A stretch of 54,070 bases of DNA from Burkholderiaceae bacterium (GCA_041678385.1 JBAYOJ010000001.1:1-54070); one strand, 5' to 3'. Positions 10,389 through 21,131 are shown, counted from the first letter of the stretch. Made by a program: numbers and translations. The notes: generated by a model from the letters alone, not told the origin.

Positions 10389-10700
10389 TCATCGGGGCGG
10401 GCTGGCCGGGGGCTGACGCGGTGCCATGGGGTGTTCGAGCGCATACAGCCAGGCCAGCAGTTCGGCCACCGCCCGGTAGAGTTCGGGCGGGATATGGGCG
10501 TCGAGATCGACCTGCATGAGCAGGCTCACCAGTTCGGCTGATCGGTGGACGTACAGGCCGTGCTCGCGCGCCCGGGCGATGATGTGCTCGGCGATGGTGC
10601 CGTAGCCTTTGGCGATCACCTGTGGCGCGGTTTCAGCCGGGTCGTAGCGCAGGGCCACGGCCTGGGTACGGGTCGGCGGGGCGGGGTCGGGCGGGGTCAT
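10389..10700 (-). CDS. FlhB C-terminal-like (EscU/YscU/HrcU family) export switch protein
   Basis: AVALRYD..APQVIAKG..IAEHII..AREHG..IPPELYRAVAELLAWLY. Confidence 0.92.
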   Translation of the reverse strand: MTPPDPAPPTRTQAVALRYDPAETAPQVIAKGYGTIAEHIIARAREHGLYVHRSAELVSLLMQVDLDAHIPPELYRAVAELLAWLYALEHPMAPRQPPASPPR

Positions 10701-11773
10701 GACGGAACCGGGGCGCCGGGGGGGCCGGTTTCTTCGGCCTGTGCATGGATGTCGAGCTGCCGGACCTCGAGACCGATGCCCGACAGGGCATCATGCAGCC
10801 GATGCGCGTGCGTGCGCAGGTGTTCGGCCGAATCGGCGGCTTGCAGCTGCATCTGGATTTTTTTCTGCTGCAGCTGCAGACGCACATGGATGGCCCCCAG
10901 GCTGGGCAGCTCGATGTCGAGTGTCGTGGCCCAGGCACCTTGGGGATCACTGGCCTGCGCGCCGGCGGCCTGTTGCTGGATCAGCCAGCGCAAGGGGGCT
11001 TGTGGCCAGGCCTCGCCCTGCCAGATCAGCGTCTGTGTGGCGAGCACGTCGAGTTGCTGGCGTACGAGCACTTCGGTTTCGGGGTGAACGAGCCAGGTGG
11101 CCGGCCCCGAGGGTGGTGTGCGGGCGTGCGCAGCGCCCTCTTGTGCGTCGCCTGCGCCCGACCACCTGGCTTGCGGTTCGGTATCGGGGGGCTGGGCCTG
11201 GCCGGGCTGATTGAGCCACCTGGCCAGATGCGCTTCGTAGAACAGGCCGCTGTCGCGGATGGCCTGTTGCAATACCCCCGTGAAGAGCCCCGCCAGAAAC
11301 CCCTGGAATGCCGGCGTGCCGGGAACGGGCGCGCCCTGTGGCAGTGGCTGGGCATCGTTGCCCGGCAAGTTGAGCAGGGTCGCGCGTTGCAGGGCGGGGC
11401 TGTCGGGATATTTTTCGAGCAGGGTGAGGATCAGACGTGCGGTGGCGCTGAATTGCGCGCCGCCAGATGGGGACTTGCTGTCGAACCCGGCACGTGCCTG
11501 GGCCGGTGTGCCAACGTCCTGCGCCCGACCGGAGCTGGCCGGGCGCTGCAGCCGGGCCTGATTCTGCTGGGCCACGCGCGCATCTTCGGCCGATTCTTCG
11601 GGCAGGTGCTCGGTCGGCGTGGCCAGGGCACCCAGATGCAGGCTTTGGTTGGCGGCCGTGACCACGCGGGGCTCCATGCGCCGTGCCACTTCGCCACGTT
11701 GCGACAGGGGATGCCCCAGCAGGGCATCGAGGCGCTGGATCAGAAGCGTACCGAGATTCGATGGGCCGGCCAT
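10697..11773 (-). CDS. FliK-like hook-length control domain protein
   Basis: SGLFYEAHL, VRQQLDVL, WQGEAWP, LPSLGAI motifs typical of the betaproteobacterial FliK-like gene beside fliT. Confidence 0.8.
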   Translation of the reverse strand: MAGPSNLGTLLIQRLDALLGHPLSQRGEVARRMEPRVVTAANQSLHLGALATPTEHLPEESAEDARVAQQNQARLQRPASSGRAQDVGTPAQARAGFDSKSPSGGAQFSATARLILTLLEKYPDSPALQRATLLNLPGNDAQPLPQGAPVPGTPAFQGFLAGLFTGVLQQAIRDSGLFYEAHLARWLNQPGQAQPPDTEPQARWSGAGDAQEGAAHARTPPSGPATWLVHPETEVLVRQQLDVLATQTLIWQGEAWPQAPLRWLIQQQAAGAQASDPQGAWATTLDIELPSLGAIHVRLQLQQKKIQMQLQAADSAEHLRTHAHRLHDALSGIGLEVRQLDIHAQAEETGPPGAPVPS

Positions 11774-11782
11774 GCGTAGGCG

Positions 11783-12157
11783 TCAGTGGGGCAGCACCTG
11801 CTGACTGGACCCATAACATTGCCGCAGGTTCTTTTCGCGCTGCCCCCGGCCCAGCAAATAGGCCAGGCGCTCGACTTCGGGGTTGAGCAGGGCGCGCAGG
11901 CGGGCATCGTGTTCGAGGGTTTGGCGAAGCAGGCGCCTGGTTTGCGGCCGGTTTGTGGTGTTCGTCGCAGGCAGGTCTTTCAGATGGTGGATGGCCTGGG
12001 CATAATGCCCGTAGACACCGAGCACGTCGGCCCACTGATCGCAGCGCGCCAGGCAGAGCATTTTGCCCGACAGCAGTGCGATATTCTGATATTGAAGCAG
12101 CACCTGGGTGCCCGCCGTGGTCGGTGGGGCTGCATCTGGCTGTGAAGATGGCATCAT
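11783..12157 (-). CDS. fliT: Flagellar chaperone FliT
   Basis: MLCLARCDQWADV, LEHDARLRALL; follows fliS. Confidence 0.85.
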   Translation of the reverse strand: MMPSSQPDAAPPTTAGTQVLLQYQNIALLSGKMLCLARCDQWADVLGVYGHYAQAIHHLKDLPATNTTNRPQTRRLLRQTLEHDARLRALLNPEVERLAYLLGRGQREKNLRQCYGSSQQVLPH

Positions 12158-12612
12158 GTCGGCTCACCGGAGGGGGTTTCGAGCAGGGGTGCAAGCCCCT
12201 GGTAGTCTGGATCTATGGCACTGTGCCAGGCCTGCGCGATGGGGCCCAGAGCCTGCTCTGCCGTGTCGAGGTGTTCTGCGCTGTTGCGCAGGTTGGCCAG
12301 CATCAGGTGCCGGATGATGAGTTCGTAGCTGGCGTTCAACGAGCGGGCGACTTCACCGCCGCGCTCGGTATCCACGCTGGCCTTCAGGCCCGATTCGAGG
12401 ATTTCGATGGCTCTGGACAAGGCCATGCCACGCGCCTGCGGTTCGTTGCGCTGCATGTGGTGGCGCGCCTGCCGGATGGCCCTCAGGGCCGCACGCAGCA
12501 GCAATGAGATCAGCCGCTGTGGAGACGCGCCAAGGACTTCGGTTTCAAGACCAATCTGCTGGTATGCACGGCTGCCGCTGCGTGCGGGCTGGTATGAAGG
12601 GTATGCAGGCAT
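12154..12612 (-). CDS. fliS: Flagellin chaperone FliS
   Basis: AYQQIGLETEVLGASPQRLI, ERGGEVARSL, LMLANLRN. Confidence 0.95.
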   Translation of the reverse strand: MPAYPSYQPARSGSRAYQQIGLETEVLGASPQRLISLLLRAALRAIRQARHHMQRNEPQARGMALSRAIEILESGLKASVDTERGGEVARSLNASYELIIRHLMLANLRNSAEHLDTAEQALGPIAQAWHSAIDPDYQGLAPLLETPSGEPT

Positions 12613-12686
12613 GGTTCTGGTTCTCTTTGTTTATGGATGTGCCCCGCCGATGTGACCCACGTTTGGCCTGAACCGGAGGGCAGGGG

Positions 12687-14069
12687 TCATTTGCCGGACG
12701 AATTGATCTGCCCGAGTGCTTCGAGCTGCTGGCTGAGATAGCTGCTGAGCGAATTCATTTCTGTCACCATGCGGTCCAGGGCCACGAACTGCTGCCGGTA
12801 GGTTTCCATGCGCTGGTCGATGCGCGCGGAGGCTTGCTGATATTGTGCCTGTATGGTAACGATCTGGCGATCGAGGCTGGTTGCCGAATTGCTGATCAGG
12901 CCGCCGTCATCGACAAATGCCCGTATGGCCCCATCGAGGCGTGCCGCAATGCCCCCGGATGCGGTGAACAGGTCCTGGATGGCGGCTTTGTTCTGGCTCA
13001 CGGCCTGGCTGAGCTTTTTCTGGTCGACCAGCAGATCGCCCGAGGATGGGTCTGTCGTGATGCCCAGGGCCCCGAGGCTGAGTTCTGTGGCGCCCGGTGC
13101 GCTGTCGAGCGCCCTGCGCATCTGGGTCTGTACCGAGCGTGCCAGTACATCGCCAGCCAGTGGCTGGGCCTGCCCGGTTTTTGTGTCGTACGCGCTGAGT
13201 TGGCGTACGGTGCGCTGCAAGCCGTTGTAACCGTCGACGAAAGCCTGAATGGCCTTTTCGACACGCGCATTGTCTGCTGTGAGAGACAGCGTTTCGGCCG
13301 TTGCGTTGGGTTTGACCAGGGTGAGGGTGAGGCCGTCGATCACGTTCTCGAGCGTGTTTGACTGGCTGTGCAGGGTCACCCCATTGAATTCGACCTCGGC
13401 GTCCTGGGCAGCCTGCACGATGACACCGTCAGCGGGCTGTGCGGCGTCGAAATCGAGCAGGGCGGCCAGGGTGGCATTGCCTTCTGTCGAAATCTGGCTG
13501 ATGGCGGCCTGGGTGCCGGTGTCGCGCGTGCCCAGCAGAAGCTGATACGGATCATCGCCGCCCGCGTTCAGTATGGTGGCCTGAATGCCGGTATCGGCCT
13601 GGGCGTTGATGGCGGCGGCCACGGATTCGAGCGTGGCAGGCTGGTCGGGATCCAGATCGATGTCGTGGGTGTCTCCGTTGGCGAGTGTGATGTGGATGCG
13701 CCCGCCCGTGCCCAGTTCGGTGCCGCGCTCGGCCACGCCCGGCAGCGCAACGCTCTGGTGGCTGGCCAGTTGCACGACGCGTACGGCGTGCTGGCCAGGC
13801 ATTGCCTGCCCTGTGGCCTGGGCCTTGAAGGCGTCGGATGTGCTGCTGACCTGCACTGCGTTGAAGGTATCGATCTTGCCGATGTTCTGTGCGGCCTGCT
13901 GGAAGGCCACGAGTGCACTCTTGAGCTGCCCGTAGGCCGACAGGCGGCTCTGGGCCCGATCCGCCCGGTTCTGGATGAGATCGAGCGACTGGCGTTCGTT
14001 GGTGCGCAGGTTGTTGAGCAGATCATCCAGGGGCAGACCCGAGAGCCCCAGCGAGGAAATGGTAGCCAT
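12687..14069 (-). CDS. fliD: Flagellar filament cap protein FliD
   Basis: MATISSLGLSGLPLD, SAYGQLKS, AQDA, SNTLENVIDGLTL, YRQQFVALD. Confidence 0.96.
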   Translation of the reverse strand: MATISSLGLSGLPLDDLLNNLRTNERQSLDLIQNRADRAQSRLSAYGQLKSALVAFQQAAQNIGKIDTFNAVQVSSTSDAFKAQATGQAMPGQHAVRVVQLASHQSVALPGVAERGTELGTGGRIHITLANGDTHDIDLDPDQPATLESVAAAINAQADTGIQATILNAGGDDPYQLLLGTRDTGTQAAISQISTEGNATLAALLDFDAAQPADGVIVQAAQDAEVEFNGVTLHSQSNTLENVIDGLTLTLVKPNATAETLSLTADNARVEKAIQAFVDGYNGLQRTVRQLSAYDTKTGQAQPLAGDVLARSVQTQMRRALDSAPGATELSLGALGITTDPSSGDLLVDQKKLSQAVSQNKAAIQDLFTASGGIAARLDGAIRAFVDDGGLISNSATSLDRQIVTIQAQYQQASARIDQRMETYRQQFVALDRMVTEMNSLSSYLSQQLEALGQINSSGK

Positions 14070-14106
14070 ATGGACGCCTTTCAGAATTCAAGGGGGTATA
14101 TCTATA

Positions 14107-14133
14107 TATACGGCCATTCATTCTGATTCTTTA
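14107..14133 (-). promoter_or_regulatory. Sigma-28 (FliA) promoter of fliDST
   Basis: Minus strand TAAA-N15-GCCGTATA vs consensus TAAA-N15-GCCGATAA, 38 bp upstream of fliD. Confidence 0.8.
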
Positions 14134-14185
14134 GGAAAAATTTCGAACGGCGAATTCGGCGGCAAAACCGGCGCAGATCCAGACT

Positions 14186-15061
14186 ATGGATTTCAGGGCC
14201 TGGCGGCATACTGGCAGGATGAAAGCGTCCGTTGGTCCCGCCAGCAGTCCAGTGAGCCCTGCCCGTCGCTCAGCGCGGCGTGCCCGAGGTTCCACCGTCC
14301 AGCTTGCAGGGCAATCGGTCGAAGCGCTGGTCGAGCAGTACGCGCCCCTGGTACGCCGTCAGGCAGCACTGTTCTCGGCCCGGGTCCCGCCCAACATCGA
14401 ATTCGGCGACCTGGTCCAGGCCGGGATGCTCGGCCTGCTGACTGCGGCCAGGCGCCATGCAGAGGCGCCTCAGCCGAATTTCGAGGCCTATATGCGGGTC
14501 TGCGTCCATGGCGCATTGATCGAAGTCCTGCGCGAGAGCGACTGGCTGCCGCGCCGTACGCGCGACAAGGCGCGCCAGGTCGAACAGGCGCTGGCGGAAC
14601 AGCAGCGTCTGCTGGGCCGCGAACCCTCCGAAGCCGAGATTGCAGAGGCCATGGGGCTCGCGATCGACGAATACCACGAGCTTCTGGAGGCCGCCCAGGG
14701 TGTGCAGGTGGTCCTCTACGAAGATATCGAGCCCAGTCAGGAAACCTATGAGGCCGAAGACTCGATTCTCGAAGACACCGATCCTGGCCTGGGTCTGAAC
14801 CCCGCTGATACGGTGCTGAGGATGCGCTTGCGTGACGCCTTGATCGAGGCCATCGGGGGCCTGCCGGAGCGGGAGCAGCTGCTGCTCTCGCTGCAGTTCG
14901 ATCACGCCTTGAGCCAGAAGGAGATCGCAATCGTCATGGACCTGAGCGAAGGGCGCATTTCACAATTGCGCAATCAGGCCATCTTGCGCTTGCGTGCCTG
15001 GCTGTCGGCAAGGGGCTGGGATCCACACGAGCCGCCAGACAGCTACACAGGTTTGCTGTAG
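14186..15061 (+). CDS. fliA: RNA polymerase sigma-28 family factor FliA (start may be 14219)
   Basis: YAPLVRR, DLVQAG.LGL, DWLPR, LGREP.E.EIA, LPEREQ, SEGRISQL. Confidence 0.9.
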   Translation: MDFRAWRHTGRMKASVGPASSPVSPARRSARRARGSTVQLAGQSVEALVEQYAPLVRRQAALFSARVPPNIEFGDLVQAGMLGLLTAARRHAEAPQPNFEAYMRVCVHGALIEVLRESDWLPRRTRDKARQVEQALAEQQRLLGREPSEAEIAEAMGLAIDEYHELLEAAQGVQVVLYEDIEPSQETYEAEDSILEDTDPGLGLNPADTVLRMRLRDALIEAIGGLPEREQLLLSLQFDHALSQKEIAIVMDLSEGRISQLRNQAILRLRAWLSARGWDPHEPPDSYTGLL

Positions 15062-15071
15062 CCTGCCGAGG

Positions 15072-16316
15072 CTACGCGGCCCCGGGGCCGTATCCGTTGG
15101 CTGCCGTGGGGCTGTGGTCCTCCACCATCTGCAGGGTTTGTGTTGTTTGCGCCTGGCTTTCGAGCCATGTCTGGTTGTAGCGGTCGACCTGCTCTGGCGT
15201 CCATTGCTGCGTATCCGCATTTTCGAAGGCCAGTACGGTGTGCAGCAAACTGCCCAATGGGCCGCTGCGGGCCAGTACAGCCTGCACGATTTCTTCGGAC
15301 AGGGCCAGCTTGCCGAGCAATTGCTCGAGGGGCTGTCCCAGCAGATCGCCCATCATGGACAGCAGCCCGGTGAGGAACGCTGAATCGGGGTAGTCGCCCT
15401 GGGTACCAGCCAGTTGCTCGCACATGCTGGCTCGCGTGAGCGCCTGGCTCATGAGCAGCTTGCTGGCGGGCCCATTGTTGGCCAGCAGCAGCGTGATGGC
15501 CATGTTGCGTACGCGCCGCAGGCCCAGCACCTGGACGGCCTGGAACACGGTCTTGATCTGGCCGTGGTAGTGAAAGACGGCTGAGTTCACATACCGCAGC
15601 AGCAGAAACGTGAGTTGGGCGTCTTGTGTGATGATGCGTTCGATCTTGCGCGTATGGGTGTTCTGCCGTTGCAGTTCGGCCACGAGATGCAGCAGCGCCA
15701 TGTGATTGTTGCCGCGCACGCCTGCGTTTTCGCTGCGGGTCTGCGCCTGGGCATAGAAATATCCCTGAAAAAGCGAGAACCCCATGTCGCGCAGGCGTTT
15801 GAAGGTGTCGTAGTGTTCGACCTTTTCGGCCAGCAGGGTCAGGCCCCGGCCCTGGCAGGCCACGACCGCCTCGACGTTGAAGGGCTGCAGCATGTCGAAT
15901 TTGACGATGTCGGCATACTCGAGCAATGACTCAGTCTGCTTGTTGAGCACGAAATCATCCAGCGCGATCCGGAACCCCAGTGAGCGGATATGCGCCAATG
16001 CTTCGAGAATTTCGCGATCACCCTGCACGGTTTCCAGCACCTCGACCACCAGTTGCCGTGGGTTTGGGGGCAGCAGTTCGGGGTTGAGCAGCCAGTGGCG
16101 CGGGGTGTTGAGGAATACCTGGCGTTTGCCCGACAGATTGTCGAGGCCGATTTCGTAGAAGGCCACGTGGCTGACACGTGCCGTGGCCGCCGCAGCTTCG
16201 TCCGGGGCAATGGACGCCGATGTGGCCGTTGCGCTGCTGCGGTACAACAGCTCGTCGGCGACATGAGTGAGTTCGCCATCGCAGATTGGTTGCATCGCGA
16301 TGCAGTATTTCGGCAC
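15072..16316 (-). CDS. EAL and HDOD domain protein (putative c-di-GMP phosphodiesterase); GTG start assumed, ORF extends to 16445
   Basis: QPI..ELLYR, EVLE, IALDDF, LAEKVE, FQGYF, then HDOD (LLRYVNSA, AFLTGLLS). Confidence 0.9.
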   Translation of the reverse strand: MPKYCIAMQPICDGELTHVADELLYRSSATATSASIAPDEAAAATARVSHVAFYEIGLDNLSGKRQVFLNTPRHWLLNPELLPPNPRQLVVEVLETVQGDREILEALAHIRSLGFRIALDDFVLNKQTESLLEYADIVKFDMLQPFNVEAVVACQGRGLTLLAEKVEHYDTFKRLRDMGFSLFQGYFYAQAQTRSENAGVRGNNHMALLHLVAELQRQNTHTRKIERIITQDAQLTFLLLRYVNSAVFHYHGQIKTVFQAVQVLGLRRVRNMAITLLLANNGPASKLLMSQALTRASMCEQLAGTQGDYPDSAFLTGLLSMMGDLLGQPLEQLLGKLALSEEIVQAVLARSGPLGSLLHTVLAFENADTQQWTPEQVDRYNQTWLESQAQTTQTLQMVEDHSPTAANGYGPGAA

Positions 16317-16517
16317 GGACAGGCCACCCCCCCGGTGTTGATGCAATGGATCGGTCAATGAACCAGTATATCCGTAGCCGGCCACGTCCAGCCATTCGGG
16401 TTTCGTCCGACCCGGGCCGCCGGCATCTGGCAGGATCCCGGGCATTCGAGCCGCCGTGCCAGTACGGCGTCGCGAGGCGGTGGCCGAAATCCGCTAATAT
16501 GGCATGTTTAACGCCCC

Positions 16518-17732
16518 ATGGCCGCTGGCATGCCTACCCCGTCATTCGAACCCATCATCGAATCCCTGCTGGATACCGACCTGTACAAATTCACGATGTG
16601 GCAGGCCATGCTGCATCGCCATCCGTCGGCGCAGGCTGAATACCGTTTCATCTGTCGCCAGCCGCCGGCTTTTCCACTGGCCGACCTGGCCACTGAGGTC
16701 AGGCAGCAGATCGACCACCTGTGCACATTGCGTTTCAGTGCGGATGAACTCGACTACCTGCGGGCACTACGCTACATCAAGTCCGACTTCGTCGATTTTC
16801 TGTCGCTGTTTCATTTCCAGCGGCACTTCATCCATGTCGATGCCGAGGGCGATGACCTGCACATCGTGGCGCAGGGCCCGCAAGTGCATGTCATGGGGTT
16901 CGAGATCTTTGTGCTGGCAATCGTCAACGAACTGTATTTCCGCCGCTTCCAGACGGCCGAAGTGTTTGCCGAAGGGCGCCGGCGCCTGGAGTCGAAAATC
17001 GCGCTTCTCGAAGCGTTTTCACGTGAGCCCGCGCGCCGGTTTCCGCTGCTGATCTCCGATTTTGGCCTGCGTCGGCGATTCTCACGGGCCTGGCACGCCG
17101 AAGTGCTGCAAACCCTGCGGGCCCGTGTGCCACAGTATGTCACCGGTACGTCGAATGTGGCGCTGGCCAGGGCACTCGACGTCGTACCGGTGGGCACCAT
17201 GGCGCACGAATACCTGCAATCGTATCAGGCCTTCGGCAAGGTGCGTTTGCGCGATTTTCAACGGGCAGCCCTTGAAGATTGGGTGCAGGAATACCGCGGT
17301 GATCTGGGCATTGCCCTGACCGATGTCGTGGGCATGAAGGCGTTTCTGGCCGATTTCGATCTGTATTTCGCCAAGCTTTTCGACGGCCTGCGCCATGATT
17401 CGGGCGATCCCATCGAATGGGGCGAGCAGGCCATCGCCCACTACCATGCCCTGCGCATCGACCCGGCAAGCAAGCGCTTCGTCTTTTCCGATGGGCTGGA
17501 TTTTCCGCGCGCGCTGGTGATCTATCGGCATTTCGCGGATCGCGTGCAGCCCGCGTTCGGCATCGGTACCCACCTGACCAACGATCTGGGCCCCGAGCCG
17601 CTGAATATCGTGATGAAGCTGTTTCGCTGCAATGGCATGCCCACGGCCAAGCTGCCCGACAGCCCGGGTAAAGAGCACTGTACGGACGAAACCTTCCTGG
17701 CGTACCTGCGCCAGGTCTTCGGGCGCGCCTGA
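16518..17732 (+). CDS. pncB: Nicotinate phosphoribosyltransferase
   Basis: [44 protein letters not shown]. Confidence 0.97.
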   Translation: MAAGMPTPSFEPIIESLLDTDLYKFTMWQAMLHRHPSAQAEYRFICRQPPAFPLADLATEVRQQIDHLCTLRFSADELDYLRALRYIKSDFVDFLSLFHFQRHFIHVDAEGDDLHIVAQGPQVHVMGFEIFVLAIVNELYFRRFQTAEVFAEGRRRLESKIALLEAFSREPARRFPLLISDFGLRRRFSRAWHAEVLQTLRARVPQYVTGTSNVALARALDVVPVGTMAHEYLQSYQAFGKVRLRDFQRAALEDWVQEYRGDLGIALTDVVGMKAFLADFDLYFAKLFDGLRHDSGDPIEWGEQAIAHYHALRIDPASKRFVFSDGLDFPRALVIYRHFADRVQPAFGIGTHLTNDLGPEPLNIVMKLFRCNGMPTAKLPDSPGKEHCTDETFLAYLRQVFGRA

Positions 17733-17748
17733 ATCTGGAACCCATGAC

Positions 17749-18786
17749 ATGACACATTCTTCAAGAAAGGTGCTGCGGTTCGATCAATGGATCGATCGCA
17801 GCTTTGACCGCATTCTGGGCGCAGCGCCCGGCGTTGCACTGGAAGTCGCCCCGATCGCGGACGGCGTGGCGTCCAACCGGGCGCGCCTGGCGTCGGCCAC
17901 CATCTACCAGATTTCATCGGTGCGCGATGAAGTTCCGCCGGCCCTGCAGGTCACGGCCGAACTGCTCGGGCATTGTCCACAACTGCTGTGCGTCTCGACC
18001 ACGGGCGCCGGCTATGACACCGTCGACGTGCAGGCCTGCAGCCGCGCAGGGGTGCTGGTCGTGAATCAGGCGGGGGCCAATGCCAACTCGGTGGCCGAGC
18101 ACGCCCTGTGCCTGATCCTGGCCGTATCCCGGCGCATCGGTGAATGCGCCTGGCGCATGCGCCACGACACGGGCTACGCGCGCGAAGACCTGATGGGGCA
18201 TGAACTGCTGGGCAAAACCCTGGGCATCGTCGGCCTGGGCAACATCGGCGGCCGTGCAGCCGGCATGGCCGCGGCGTTCGGCATGCGTGTTCTTGCGTAC
18301 GACCCCTATCTGGATGCCGACGTGATTTCAGCGCGTGGCGCAGAGAAAGCCACGTGGGCGCAGCTGCTGGCGGCTTCTGATGTGATCTCGGTGCATTGCC
18401 CGCTCACGGCCGAGACCCGCAACATGTTCGATGCGGCAGCCTATGGTGCCATGAAACCCGGTGCGCTGTTCGTATCCACCGCCCGGGGCGGCATTCACGA
18501 CGAAGATGCCTTGCATGCGGCGCTGGTGGCGGGCCATCTGGCGGGGGCCGGCCTGGATGTCTGGGCCGTCGAACCCCCCGAGCATGCGCACCCCCTGCTC
18601 GCCCTGCACAACGTCATCCCCACCTACCATATCGCAGGGGTCACCCACGAGGCGCGCCGCAATGTGGCGACCATGGCGGCCGAACAGATCGTGTCGATGC
18701 TGGCAGGCCAGCGCCCGCCCCGGATGATCAACCCCCAGGTCTGGCCGCGCGTGCTCGAGCGCCTGAATTCACCCGAGCCGCGCTGA
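17749..18786 (+). CDS. D-isomer-specific 2-hydroxyacid dehydrogenase
   Basis: GAGYDTVD, SVAEH, GLGNIG, HCPLT, ARGG, GLDVW..EP; start MTHSS. Confidence 0.93.
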   Translation: MTHSSRKVLRFDQWIDRSFDRILGAAPGVALEVAPIADGVASNRARLASATIYQISSVRDEVPPALQVTAELLGHCPQLLCVSTTGAGYDTVDVQACSRAGVLVVNQAGANANSVAEHALCLILAVSRRIGECAWRMRHDTGYAREDLMGHELLGKTLGIVGLGNIGGRAAGMAAAFGMRVLAYDPYLDADVISARGAEKATWAQLLAASDVISVHCPLTAETRNMFDAAAYGAMKPGALFVSTARGGIHDEDALHAALVAGHLAGAGLDVWAVEPPEHAHPLLALHNVIPTYHIAGVTHEARRNVATMAAEQIVSMLAGQRPPRMINPQVWPRVLERLNSPEPR

Positions 18787-18823
18787 GCCTGGGTCTGCAC
18801 CGCTCGCATGCAGCAGCGTTCGT

Positions 18824-20482
18824 TCAGTCCAGGTCCAGCGGGGCCAGGTCAAAGGCCGGGTCCAGGCCCATGATCTCGATCTTCACCGTGGCGGGATCCA
18901 CGCCGTTGCTGTCGTGGCTGACCGTGGCCAGGTTGGGAAAGGCGACCAGGATGGCAACCATGATGGCTTGCAGGATCACGAAACTGACCCCGGCACGGTA
19001 GATCTCGCCGGTCTTGATGCCGCGGATCCGCTGGCCCGTCACGCGATCGGTGTAGTCTTTGGCGGGGGTCACCGAACGCATGAAGAACAGTGCAAAGCCA
19101 AACGGCGGGGTCAGGTAGCTGGATTGCAGGTTGATGCCCAGGATCACGCCAAACCAGATCAGGTCGATCCCCAGCGCGCTGGCTGCAGGCGCAAGCAGGG
19201 GGATCAGGATGAAGGCGATCTCGAAAAAGTCTAGGAAGCAGCCCAGAAAGAACACGATCAGGTTGACCAGCACCAGAAAACCGATGGTGCCGCCGGGGGT
19301 GAGCAGCAGCAGGTCCTCGACCCACTTGTGGCCATCGACGCCATAGAAGGTGAGCGAAAAGACGCGCGAACCGATCAGGATGAACAGCACGAACGCCGAC
19401 AGCCGGGCGGTGGAATCGATCGCCTGAGCGAGCACGCCAAAGTTGAGCCGCCGCTTGCTGATGGCCAGCAGCAAGGCCCCGGCTGCGCCCATGGCGCCCC
19501 CTTCGGTCGGGGTGGCCACCCCCAGGAAGATCGTGCCCAGCACCAGGAACACGAGTGCCAGCGGTGGCACCAGCACGATGATCACGGCCTGCGCAATGTT
19601 GGACAGAAGGCCGAACTTGAAGCGACGATCGAGCAGCGCTACCCCATAGCCGATGGCCACGCCCAGGGTGGCCCCGTAGATTTCGCGATCGGTGTCCAGC
19701 ATGCCCGGGTTCAGCGCACCCAGGACGAGATAGAAGCCGTAGCTGCACAGAACGATGGCGCCGATCAGCACCAGCAGGGAGGTGACGGCAATGCGGCCAT
19801 CGGCCTCGGTCAGGTGCCTGGCTTCGGGGGGCAGGGCCGGGGCCATCTTCGGATTGATCAGGCTGCGCACGAAAATGTACAGCGCGTACAGACCGGTGAG
19901 TGACAGCGCCGGGATGAGGGCGCCGCGGTACATGTCACCCACCGAGGCACCCAGCTGGTCGGCCAGCACGATCAGGATGATGGATGGCGGAATGATCTGC
20001 GCGAGCGTGCCCGAGGCCATGATGACCCCGGTGGCCAGGTTGCGGTTGTAGCCATAGCGCAGCATGATGGGCAGGGCGATCAGCCCCATCGAAATCACCG
20101 AGGCGGCCACGATGCCGGTGGTGGCGGCAAGCAGCGCGCCGACGAAGATCACGGCGTAGCCCAGCCCGCCGCGCACGGGGCCAAAGAGCTGGCCTATGGT
20201 GTCGATCAGATCCTCGGCCATGCCCGAACGCTCGAGGATGGCACCCATCAGCGTGAAAAACGGGATGGCGAGCAGCGTCTCGTTGGACATCACCGCCAGC
20301 ACGCGGCCGGGCAGGGCGCCCAGGAAGTTGGTGGTGAACAGGCCGAGCTCAATGCCGGCCCAGGCGAAGAAAATGCCCACGGCCGATAGCGAAAAGGCCA
20401 CCGGGTAACCCAGCAAGAGGAACACGATCAGGCTGGCAAACATGATCGGTGCCATGTTTTCGATCAGGAAGGCGGTCAGCAT
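18824..20482 (-). CDS. TRAP transporter large permease (DctM)
   Basis: LLAIPFF, GTLAQIIPPS, TPTEGG, LTPPFG. Confidence 0.95.
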   Translation of the reverse strand: MLTAFLIENMAPIMFASLIVFLLLGYPVAFSLSAVGIFFAWAGIELGLFTTNFLGALPGRVLAVMSNETLLAIPFFTLMGAILERSGMAEDLIDTIGQLFGPVRGGLGYAVIFVGALLAATTGIVAASVISMGLIALPIMLRYGYNRNLATGVIMASGTLAQIIPPSIILIVLADQLGASVGDMYRGALIPALSLTGLYALYIFVRSLINPKMAPALPPEARHLTEADGRIAVTSLLVLIGAIVLCSYGFYLVLGALNPGMLDTDREIYGATLGVAIGYGVALLDRRFKFGLLSNIAQAVIIVLVPPLALVFLVLGTIFLGVATPTEGGAMGAAGALLLAISKRRLNFGVLAQAIDSTARLSAFVLFILIGSRVFSLTFYGVDGHKWVEDLLLLTPGGTIGFLVLVNLIVFFLGCFLDFFEIAFILIPLLAPAASALGIDLIWFGVILGINLQSSYLTPPFGFALFFMRSVTPAKDYTDRVTGQRIRGIKTGEIYRAGVSFVILQAIMVAILVAFPNLATVSHDSNGVDPATVKIEIMGLDPAFDLAPLDLD

Positions 20483-20488
20483 GGTGGC

Positions 20489-21076
20489 TTATCGGCTCTG
20501 AGGGGGGCGGCTTTCTTCGGCCAGGTCCATTTCCGGCCGATCGGGCGTGTCGGGATCCGCTTCCGAATCGTCGAGCTGGCCCGTGAGTACGGCCAGGCGC
20601 TTGATGATTTCGGAGATGGCCTGCACGAACAGCAGGGCAAAGCCCACGAGAATGAGCAGTTTGGCCGGCCACACCAGCAGGCCACCGGCATTGGCCGAGC
20701 CTTCGCGCTGGTGATAGGACTCGAGCGCAAAGGGGGCGCTTTCGATCACCATGAGCACCGTCAGCGGCAGCAGGAAGAACAGGTGGCCGAACAGGTCGAT
20801 CAGGTCGCGCGTGCGCTTGCTGAGGCGGTTGGAGATCAGGTCGATACGCACGTGGCCGTTCTTGAGCAGCGTATAGGATGCGCACAGCATGAACACGGCA
20901 CCGAACAGGTACCACTGGGCATCGAGCCAGGCGTTCGAGCTCACCGAGAACACTTTCCGTACTATGGCATTGACCGCACTGATCAGGACGGCCAGCAGCA
21001 GCAGCCACCCGCTGGTCTTGCCGATCCAGGTGTTGATGACATCGATGAGGTGGCTGATACGCAGTAGAAAGCCCAT
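20489..21076 (-). CDS. TRAP transporter small permease (DctQ)
   Basis: Four TM helices, QWYLF, GHVRID. Confidence 0.95.
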   Translation of the reverse strand: MGFLLRISHLIDVINTWIGKTSGWLLLLAVLISAVNAIVRKVFSVSSNAWLDAQWYLFGAVFMLCASYTLLKNGHVRIDLISNRLSKRTRDLIDLFGHLFFLLPLTVLMVIESAPFALESYHQREGSANAGGLLVWPAKLLILVGFALLFVQAISEIIKRLAVLTGQLDDSEADPDTPDRPEMDLAEESRPPQSR

Positions 21077-21102
21077 TCAGGCGGCTCCCGGTTGGATGTG
21101 GA

Positions 21103-21131
21103 GATAGCTGGCGGCACGGGCGCCAGCTATC
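21103..21131. other. Intergenic stem-loop after dctP (possible mRNA-stabilising hairpin)
   Basis: GATAGCTGGCG-7 nt-CGCCAGCTATC, perfect 11-bp stem. Confidence 0.6.
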
